Shown here in pieces: positions 1 through 10,300 of a DNA stretch of 14,291 nucleotides. The position numbers and the translations under genes were made by a program. Position 1 is the first letter of the stretch, and each line of letters opens with the position of its first letter. The notes under the pieces were generated by a model. It had not been told where the DNA came from. It ran no database searches and saw only the letters and a list, made by a program, of their open reading frames with translations. The DNA comes from Tubiluchus corallicola (Eukaryota; Animalia; Priapulida): assembly GCA_030141605.1 (NCBI GenBank), contig JAQGDQ010000859.1:1-14291 (forward strand), written 5' to 3'.

Positions 1-135
1 CACAATGATGGCGAAATAGTCCAGAACGGAACTAGAGAACCTCCTCCTGAAAAGCCTGGACTGAATGAAAAAACTAAAACTTGGGATAATTTTGGATATG
101 CTGATTCTGAAGATGTTGCAGACGAACGATTTTAA
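1..135 (+). CDS. Duplicated C-terminal coding fragment of the PepT gene (HNDGEIVQNG...DVADERF*), 5'-truncated by the window. Could be a second gene copy, a pseudogenic fragment or an artefact.
   Basis: Frame +1 encodes 44 aa identical to the C-terminus encoded at 1159-1290(-), with TAA at 133-135. Confidence 0.5.
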   Translation, partial: HNDGEIVQNGTREPPPEKPGLNEKTKTWDNFGYADSEDVADERF

Positions 136-453
136 AAGTTTGTGTAAATGAAACTATGGCGAATTTTGTGACAGTTAATTTGTCGACTACATCGATTTTT
201 ATGTAAAGTCTCCGATTTTCTGGAATGGAAATGGATGAAATTAATAGGATTGGGCAACTATAGTGGAAATAGCTAACAAAAATGGATTTCCGAGTTTCTG
301 TAAATCTAATACTTCAGATAAAATTTTTACGTCACTTGTTACATTCCGGCAAAAGTCTAACCTTTCACAAGTTTGTAAGACGTTTTGTACTTTTCACTCT
401 CTTTTTGCATTTGCTACGAGAAGTGTGGGAAAATGTCAGTTTGGACCGAATAG
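1..453 (+). repeat. Left arm of a long inverted repeat (copy of 838-1290), truncated by the window edge
   Basis: Block-by-block comparison: position x pairs with 1291-x for x=1..453, with a single mismatch (260 a versus 1031 c). Confidence 0.98.
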
Positions 454-770
454 CAGTATGTTTATGAAAAAGTTGCTCACTTTCATGCAAATATGTGGCC
501 ATATCCTTAAACATTTTTGTATTTACAATGAAATTTGTTTAAACTCTATCCCCTTTTGACCTCAATTCAAGTTCAACTTTTGAATATTTATCTAAAAAAG
601 TAAAAACGATTTGCGTGATGATATGCATTAGTTATAGGGTCATGTGGCTTCTAATTTCCATGAAGTGAAATTGAAACGGTATTGATGATTTGAAACAGAA
701 TTTGGTCATTTTTGAAGCAGAAAATCGGAGGCCTTATTTAAGCTACTATCATTTTTGGTGTGGGAAACGA

Positions 771-776
771 TTTATT
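771..776 (-). promoter_or_regulatory. Probable polyadenylation signal (AATAAA) of the PepT gene, implying a 3' UTR of about 400 nt
   Basis: The + strand reads tttatt at 771-776. It is the first canonical hexamer I found downstream of the stop, and CA dinucleotides follow about 10-15 nt further on. Confidence 0.6.
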
Positions 777-837
777 ATTTGTTCCTACTATTTTTTAATT
801 TCTACAATCATTGCGAAAGAAAAACATACATAAAACT

Positions 838-1290
838 CTATTCGGTCCAAACTGACATTTTCCCACACTTCTCGTAGCAAATGCAAAAAGAGAGTGAAAA
901 GTACAAAACGTCTTACAAACTTGTGAAAGGTTAGACTTTTGCCGGAATGTAACAAGTGACGTAAAAATTTTATCTGAAGTATTAGATTTACAGAAACTCG
1001 GAAATCCATTTTTGTTAGCTATTTCCACTACAGTTGCCCAATCCTATTAATTTCATCCATTTCCATTCCAGAAAATCGGAGACTTTACATAAAAATCGAT
1101 GTAGTCGACAAATTAACTGTCACAAAATTCGCCATAGTTTCATTTACACAAACTTTTAAAATCGTTCGTCTGCAACATCTTCAGAATCAGCATATCCAAA
1201 ATTATCCCAAGTTTTAGTTTTTTCATTCAGTCCAGGCTTTTCAGGAGGAGGTTCTCTAGTTCCGTTCTGGACTATTTCGCCATCATTGTG
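838..1290 (-). repeat. Right arm of the long inverted repeat (3' end of the PepT last exon plus 3' UTR)
   Basis: Reverse complement of 1-453, 452/453 identical. Confidence 0.98.
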
Positions 1291-1392
1291 CGGTGCCTGT
1301 TCGTGTTCCACATATTTGTAAAAGTATGCCATTATCGCAAATATGATGTCCACGAAGAATATTAAACAAGCGAAAAACAAAAATTCGGACCA
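1156..1392 (-). CDS. SLC15A1: PepT terminal coding exon (237 nt including TAA): WSEFLFFACLIFFVDIIFAIMAYFYKYVEHEQ...DVADERF* (TM12 and C-terminal tail)
   Basis: Acceptor cctttttcag at 1393, stop TAA at 1156-1158. Has the W.E..LFA.L......IFAIMA.FY.Y pattern of TM12. Confidence 0.95.
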   Translation of the reverse strand, partial: WSEFLFFACLIFFVDIIFAIMAYFYKYVEHEQAPHNDGEIVQNGTREPPPEKPGLNEKTKTWDNFGYADSEDVADERF

Positions 1393-4300
1393 CTGAAAAA
1401 GGAAAAATGCGTGTATACATGCTGTTATTGCTAGGAAAGCATGTTAGCACTTAAACAAAGTATGTTTCAGAAAGAAAATTGCATCTTAAGTCTAAAAAGA
1501 TATACAAGAATCCACTTAACTAGGACTTTTGATATGATCATTAACAATGGGACTTTTTTAATTAGTGGAAATATGTGAAGGCTCTGCGGCACACCAACGT
1601 AGACAAAGTAATTATCCAGGCTTTATCACTCTTCTCATGATTACAATGCTTACGATTCATTGTATGATTATTTACTGACACTAATTTCCTTACAGAACAG
1701 AAATCCAGTTTCACGAAGGAAACATTCTTGTGAATCTGTGTTTACGTGCATAGTACATCTGACTGTTGAATATAAATGAAGATTATTTTTTCACGCATTT
1801 TGAGTCAGTTGGAGTCTGAAAAAGTTTTACATCTGGTTACCAACTAGTTATTTTTGGATAAATTGTTACTACTGTACATCACTGAAACACCAATTGGCTG
1901 GTTCAGGTCAGATTTTACACGAAGGCAGCAGATCGCTGACCTTTAAACCTTTTCCTTTTCATCTTATTCATAACCTGCCTGTACTCCTTCAAAAAGTAAC
2001 CGTTAGCACAAAAATGTATGTAGAGTTTGTTACAATATAAAATAAGCTGCAATTATGTGCTGACAGCCTGGCACTGCAGCTCTTGCATCAAAGAATGAAA
2101 CTGTGAATAGTACTATAAATCAAAAGCAATCTTAATAGTTACACACTTAACAACATACTTGAAAGCCAAAATTAACAATAAATATTACATAACGGTACAT
2201 GCAGAAACATAAGTATAGCTGTTGGTCTATACTGTTAATATTCTATACTCTATATGTTAATGGAATCTGCAATGTGGCTCATGCAAGAATGGCAGGTTGT
2301 GTAGAATCAGAAGTCTATTTAGATATCCTATGTTTATCTTCTATACCAGCATGTTAAGCTTGTACTTGAAAAGCACATGAAGTAATTGCACATAAATACA
2401 ACATTGGTTTTCATATCCCAGGATTAAAAGTGCACTTCATTTTGGGTACAATCAAGGAAAGTCCAGCTAATGAAATGACATCAGTCTAAAAGGTTTAAAT
2501 CTCTAAAAGTCAGTATTAGATATCATACAGCAGTTTTGGTATATGAAACTTCAAATAATGTAGCTTCTACATATATGAACAAAATGTTTACATCTGTCTC
2601 TGGCATTAATAAAAAACAATGAGATCTGAACAGTAAGATAACTTACATCTTCAATGACTAGTAGATACAGTTTATTTTGGAAAATAATCCAATCCACTGA
2701 CGGCTCAGCAGATCAAATAACTACCCAATAAACACAATCAGCACTTTCAGCCTTTCATGCAGATTGATATATTTTAGTGGTTTTTACAAAAAAAATGATT
2801 TTGCTTAGGTTAAACATTTCAAGAATGTGCTAACCTGTAACTAACATATAATGTTGCTGCACTGATTATAAATAGAGTTTAAAAAAAGGGCAAACGTACC
2901 TGAGTTGGCATTAGTTGTGCTTCAGCAACAATGACTACAATAAGATTTCCAAATGCCACGGTCAGCAGCCAGGCAGCCTGCATGAGGGACTTCATCGCAG
3001 GAGGAGCCTGAAATAAAGAAGTTGATAGTATGTCCTTATAAAATAGATCAAGTGTGGTATTGTTACACTGAGCCACAAAACATTAGTGTTATTTTTCACA
3101 GTTGCATGACTACTTTAGCAAAAAGGAAAAAACAGCTGCCGGATGGTAATCATTTGTACTCTTAACAATGAACTCTTATGTGTAATGATTGCTTGTGTTT
3201 ATAACATAGTAACAGTTTTTCTCCTGGTTGTTGGTTTCTAAATACATGTGGAATGTTAAAGCAGATACAAATGTCGTTTTGGAGTGCCTGTACAATTTCT
3301 CTACATAAACAATAAAGCGGAAACTGTCAACCCTCAACTTTATTTTTTGGAGAAAAAAATGAGAAGAAATTTACCAAATTTTGCCACACTTTAAAAACAA
3401 AATCAATACATAAACTGGGCAGCTGAGCTCATTAGTGCTTCCTCTACGAGAAGCTGTAAATAAAGAATAAATAAAGAAGAAATAAATTACTGGAAGGTGT
3501 GGGTAGTGATATTTTTATAATTGTTTGAGTGTCTGGGAAAAGGAGGTCAAATTCTACTTGATACACGTAGACTATTACGTCTTAAATTCAAAAGCAAGCT
3601 GAGGATCAATTCGGAAGAAATTTTTTTGCAAATACAGCGCGCAAAGTGGCAACAGCCTCAAAATTGTTGTATACCACACTTGGACACACTGTACCTTACA
3701 ATGTGCTGATAAACTCCTACTGTATACATCTAACTAGTACTGAGGCAATACAAATTGTACATGTTTAGCTCAGGCATTTAACATGAGCTACCATACTTCA
3801 CAACTATTACAAGTACTTGCAAACCAGTTTAAACTGATAGCAAGTGTTCAATCATGTACAAAGATTCTTGGAATTTTGGATCATCAAAGCTGCAAACTGA
3901 AAGTTGGGCCAACACCATTTGGAAAGTTGGAAGTTCTTAAGCAATTATAACTTCAAGACACTATTTCTAAGCAGTTAAGTAGTCATGAAAAGTTCATACC
4001 TGTGAATAAGCAAATTCTAGACCAGTCACAGAGAAAACTACTTCACCAACCGTGAGCACAAAGAACTGTGGAACTTGCCAAAGTATAGAGAAGTTGTTAG
4101 CTGGCACTACTTCAAACTGGTAATACTCATACTAGAATATAAAAAAAGCAAAACTTTATTAGGCAAATAATAAACCAAATACTTTCATTTAGATAAGCAA
4201 ATGGCATCTGAATATTAAAGCACAAAGCAATGAAAGGTTTCTTTTTCACACATGTATGTTCTTAGCATATATTGCAAACATTTTTGAGTTGCAAGAGCTT

Positions 4301-7300
4301 TTAGTACCTTGTCAGACTTGTCATAACCAAATCCAGGAGGGTCTTCATCTGGCTTGTTACGCACAATAATGGTATAGGTAGCACCAGTGTCATAATCAAG
4401 TTCTTCAGTAACATTAGTAAATCCAGTCTCTGGATCGTTTGAGGGATCGTGCAGTAATAAATCGTATCTTAACAAAAAGCATAAGGATCGGTCAACAAAT
4501 GCTACAATACAATATTTACTTAGTTGAAAAAAGATTGTTTATCCAATCTTTACTATAAAACATTTAATCGAATTTAAAAATATTCAATTTTTTAAAGCTG
4601 TATAAAAATAAACCAAACTTGCAAGTCACAACTACTTATCTAAACAAAATAGTGCCACTGATGATGCAACAGTGCATTAAAATATAACAAAAACATATAC
4701 TATACTATCACAGTATTCTTATTTGCAGTAACAAAATTTACATGATACTTAACTAGTTTTTTGTACATAAAACAACAATTTCATAACTATGCCACCCCAG
4801 ACTATTTGCTACGGCCAAAGGCTACTTACTGTCCAGTTGCATTGTTTGCCGTTACATTAGAAGTCATTGCAAATGTCATACCCTCGTACCACTGGTTTTT
4901 GTATGTGGAATAACTCCAATAGACTATGTCAGTTTTCGCATAAAGCCAGCTTACAGTTCTGTAATTAACATGAATTCTTAACACCTGCCTTGTTATAGTG
5001 TATTTTATAGATGTTTTAATTTATAAAAACTACCGAAATGCAACATTGTATATATGCGATTGTAAAAATAAATTTTAAAGTTTTAGGAATTAATGGATCA
5101 ATTTATTTATATTTATCTAAAGCATTTTAAATTAACGATTAACGACTAATGGAAACAAGAAGACTGAGAGCTCTTTAATATACAAAAAATATATAAAAAT
5201 AAAATTTAAATTTTTGACTTACCTATGCGAGATTTCACTTTTTGAGGTTTTTTCCAAATTATCTTCATACTAAAGGAACAAAAATGTAAAGTTAAGAAAT
5301 GTTTCATCTAACAAAATGTTTCACTAATATTACACATTACTTTATCAAAGGTATCATGAAGATTCTGGTGCAATGGCTCTTTTGTTATGTTCTTGTATTA
5401 GTTATTTAATATTTTTAGCTGCTGCCAATAATGTTTCTCTGTTTTTCCTAACAATTTGCCATTACTTCCCAAATGCTTTTTAATTATGCAAAACAAAAAA
5501 GGTTGTCCCATATTTAAGCAGTTGTGTATGGGTATGTGCACAAACTTATATGAGGGAGGATGAATGTGAATGTGTGTGTAGCATTTGTGATAGAACTACC
5601 TTTCTCCATTAAAAATGTTTTTTGGGCAAACAACAGGTGCACATATATTTTTTGAAAAATGAAACCAGTATATGCTTCATTCTCTGTTACAAAATAAGGA
5701 TACAAAATTAAATAAAACTATTTCTATGAAAATGTTGACTATTAATCCAGTAGAGTTTTAGAGAAAAATAGTTATGAAAAAGCAAGAAAATTACAATGAT
5801 GCTCTAAACAAAAAGAATTGGTGAACTGTGCAAGAAGCAAATTAGAAAAAAACAAAAGATGAAAAAATAACACAAAACCTTCAATGAGATGAATAAATCC
5901 GAGTGGAATTTTCGATGCATGAAGCAAAATTTCCAATCACTAATAAAGACTGTATTCCCAGATTAACCACTCAATAGTTGTTCAGTCAAGTAGATGGCTC
6001 ATTAATACATCTGAACAAAAGGCAATAAGGTGGCAAAAGATGTGGTAGAGTACTGGTAACATAACTGCAACAATTACACATAGCACAAAATTAATGCACG
6101 TTGTACCTGCAAAGACTTTAATCCCGTAATTTTATATGATGCATCGATGTTTTCACCCACTACTATTGTGTATCCTTTCTCTTTCTTGCCGCTAAAAGTT
6201 ACTTTAAGCTCACTTCCACGATCTTTAAAAATGCAATTATCATCCCAAAAGAAACTGAATTCATATGGTTTCTCTGGTGCAAGCCGTTTTTCTTCGAGCT
6301 GAAATTAGAAATTCAAGACAATCCTCTTAAAATTAAAATTAAAATAATTTGTAGTATGAATCAAAAGGTTTCTGTTTAAAGTTAAACAAAAAAATTTTTC
6401 ACGAACATAATTTATCAAAAAGACTTTTATTTATTGTCTGTCAAACTACAAAATTAAAATTGACTGTCTTAAATCCAGATTACTAAATCTCAAGACTTTT
6501 GTAAGCTCACAAGTTTTGATATTTTTTTAAAATTCAAGAAGTAGAATTGATATTCTTTTATAAACTAGAATAAAAAAACAAAAGTGGCTGTTAAAAGCTT
6601 AAATTTTGAGATCAAGTTGTGCCAAATCTGAAATTACAAAAGTAAAGTTTTCTTTAAATCAACTCAATTCTCTTGGATTTAAAAAATACAAAATAAATCA
6701 CTATTCGGCATGTTTTGCTGGTGCTGAAATTACAGAATGAGAATAATTCATTAAAGCTGAAATAAAAAAAGCTTTTCTAACACACTCACATAACAACCAG
6801 AGTAATCTTCAAAATTAGCAAGGAAATATATGTCTATACTGAACTCACCTTGCCTAAGAACAACTTAGAGTCAGCAGGAAAAATTTCAGCATCACCACTT
6901 ATTTTGAGGTCACATGGTCCAGCATTCATAAACAGTAAGCGTGTCTCTGTGTCTGGCACAGTTACAAGGGTTTTCTGAAAATGCAGCATGAAAGCACAGT
7001 GCAAATACAAAATATGGGTACCCAGTACAAATGAGCTGGATTCAATTACAAACTTTTTGCCCAGTACATTGGCTTTATTTTGCATTTTACTATAGTGGGG
7101 TAATTAATAATAACACAATGTTTTTAAAATCACTTTCAAAGTTATATTCAGTCGGCACAGATGAAATAAATGACCAAGACAAATTTAAATGTATTAATTT
7201 CATCACGTACAATAAAAGTGTTTATAATTTCACCAACTTGTATTTTCCAGTGCTCAGTTTTAAATGCAGTAAAAGTCACTAACTGAACAAATGGTGAACA

Positions 7301-10300
7301 TTCTACACAATTTGGAACAATGTTGTATAATTCTTGTTTACACATGTGAAAAAATTATATCTTAAAACAAGTAAACTCTTGAAACTCTCCCAGCACACCC
7401 ACATTTGAGGCATTTTGATATGCATATCTTTAACCATCAATATTTTTTGGTAGTGTGGAAGACTAAATAAAAATTTTTTAGTTAGATGTAAATTATTCTG
7501 GTCTTCAGAGTTTTTCTCCACCGAAACATCAGTGATGACGCAAGATGATTGGGTGTATTCTTCAAGCCTGGAATATATTTTCTGAGAACATTCTATTGTA
7601 CATATTAAATGGTTAGTGCAAAGTTTTGCGTTTTATTTCACTGACATCAATTTTGCTACAATGTCCTTGATGCATAAGCACCAAACAAAATCTAAAATTT
7701 TCTGGTTTTTGTTTCTTAAACAGATGAAAAGTTCATCTCATTGCCCTACTGGTATCAAACCAAGGAAATACTATTATAGTCCAGACACAAATTCCGAAAA
7801 AACAAGTTATTAAGATCTGAGAAAGCACAAGCATTAAAGGTTGAAAGGGTGATGATTTTTTTAGATTTTTTCACTAAATGGGAATGCATCTAACATAGAT
7901 AATTATTTTTATGTTTCTTAGCATCTATAATCTTTATGAGAGCATTCTTAGAGAATCCACCAAATGCTCTTAATGATCCTGCATACAGCTTTTCACACTT
8001 GACTAGCTTTTCCAATGATTACATAATATACAAAAGTCACACACCTATAAGAATGGGACAGTGTATTCAGAGTACACTAGCACCTTAAGCTGCTATAATT
8101 TATGTGGATTTTGCCAGTAGGAAAATTCAGCTGCTATTTGCAAAAGACAGTAATTAGTGATTAATTAGGAGTTCAAGAAGACTTTCACTTATCAATTGCT
8201 ATGAAAAGGTAGATTGACTGTGCTTAATAATTACAATGTAGTCAACAGACGAATAAGGTGAAGAAATAATCTTCCAAACAGTGTAATAAGAACAGTTGAT
8301 TTAATAACTTTCTAACGATGATTGTGATGTTAATTTTGAGGAATCTCATCTTCATTATACATTATTCATCAAAGGAATCCATAGTACTGTTGTGCATTGA
8401 AAATATCTTTGTTCTGCTGCAACTAAGCTAGGAGAAATACAGTGACCAATAACATGTTTGCAGGAAAACCATCAAAGAGACAGTACCTTGTTCCCTTTTA
8501 GAATTTGTCTAGATGGTGTTGCTTATTTTTGTTCTGATGGTGGCAGAACAGAGACGTTTATGCCCTCCAAAAATATGAGCAAAAGATTGTAAATTTTGTT
8601 TGATTTTTTAACAAAGAACAATACTGTTTCAATTCACTTGTGGAAATACATTTTAAAAACCAAGCTGGCAATTCATTACAGAATCTCCATAGGCACCTAC
8701 CAGACAAAAAAAAATAGTGAAGCTAGTAAAAAAAATCATCTCATTACCATGCTGGGAAAGTTTCAAAAATGTAAAGTTTATTGATTTATAATAAATGTGC
8801 ATGTGAATCAGACAAAGTTACTAATACTATTTAAGATAAATTGTCGCATTTATTTTACTTAATAAATCTTTTCTGCAAATTCTATCTTTGACATACAATT
8901 TTTTGAAGAAAGTCAAGAGCAGATTCATTAAGTTGTTAATGTAACACATATACTTAACCTCAACTTCTAGCTGTAGGAACATTGCGATAATGAATGAACA
9001 TCCAGCTAAGAACATACCAACACACATCTTCTGTAAAGGCCTGCAACATACAATAAATTAAAGAACAGCAGTTTAACTACCTTAAACAGGGATGATGGCC
9101 TCCAAGTACCAAAAGAGGACGTGATATTAACAGTTAATTAAAAAATTGAATTTTTAATTAGACTTTTAAAAACAAAAATTATTACTAACGATTAATATTT
9201 TAAATTTACATTATTTACATAAATTTTATTATTTTTAAAATTCAAACGTAATGAGATTAACTTGTACGGCTAAGTGTAAAAAATGTACATTACACGCCAC
9301 ACAGTTATATTGTCATAGGCTTAACCACAAGACTCAGTTTAACCACAACACTTCTCACCATTAGTAGAATATATAGTAAGTGTGCTAGGCTGTTTTGTTC
9401 ATTCCTTCTTTTGTGCCTTTCAAATCATTTTAACTCAGCTCTAACTAGAGTTTTTTAAAAAAACTGTTAATCTGTTAAATATTCTAGTGTTGCATGAGAC
9501 AGAACAAAATTTTTAGAAAATTATTTCTGTGTTTTTTAAATTATCTTCAGCCAAATTTAATGTTTTTTTTAAAAATCATGCCTTTACATAAACATTTGTG
9601 CTGCCTTTTAAAAAATCTGATCTTTCTATATTTTATCTGTCACTTAAGGAGGACATTATTAATGTCAAAATATCGTTGTTATAAATAGAACAGTATTTAA
9701 GAACAGAACTACAAAGTTCAAGCTGGAGTAACATACTTCATACTAAAAATATTATTATTTTATAGCGCATGTATGTGCTGCATCCCAGCCCATTTTTTCG
9801 CAACGTCTAGCATTGTACATGGGCATTTCTATTTTGGAAGAGGATGTTCTACTTCACCACGATCGCATTTTCAGCGATGTTTATGTTGAGGCAAATGGTG
9901 GAAAATTGAAACAAATATTTCAAAATTGGGAAAAAAGAGAGGTTAGACTCTAAATCAAATTGGGAGAAGTGGAATGTTCATGATCATACTTAAGCCCTAC
10001 TTGATCCAAATCTGCAAAAAATACAGGTTCCAATAGATTGCTCATGACATTAATCATCTTTTGCAACATGTACTGCAGAGGTATAAAGACAGAATTTTTG
10101 CTTGTTGACGATTAACATGAACTTTGCAATGCAAATCCAGTTCTATGCATATTCTTGGTGGCTCTTTCCGATAATATCACAATCAGCGATGCACACTTGA
10201 AAATCAAGATGGCAAAATGCAGTCTGATTCACGGTGAGAAATTCGGAAGTTCAGTAGCTACTTATAACTTAACAAAGCCTTAAATTCAATGAAAAAGTAT

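Noticed and set aside
718-730. 13-mer cagaaaatcggag in the spacer, also present at 1069-1081
   Set aside because: An isolated short match away from the breakpoint, indistinguishable from chance.
454-760. Spacer sequence as a possible transposon fragment
   Set aside because: No TIR, TSD or second copy in the window. It needs a genome-wide search.
263-1028. Twin ORF pairs (98/77 aa MEIANKNG... and 61/73 aa MDFRVSVN...) on opposite strands
   Set aside because: They lie in the 3' UTR and appear twice only because of the inverted duplication. I recognise no domain in them.
3049-3682. 12-bp inverted match caagtgtggtat / ataccacacttg within one intron
   Set aside because: It does not extend, and several such 12-mers are expected by chance in 14 kb.
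4308-4360. Resemblance of the extracellular PPGFGYD to the C-tail PPEKPG...FGYAD
   Set aside because: Only a three-residue identity with different spacing, too little to claim an internal duplication.
3521-9688. Short intronic ORFs (3521+, 5514-, 7031+, 7148-, 7303-, 7616+, 8596+, 9494+)
   Set aside because: They are 60-85 aa, F/K/L/I/N-rich as expected by chance in AT-rich DNA, with no motifs. No transposase or reverse transcriptase signature.
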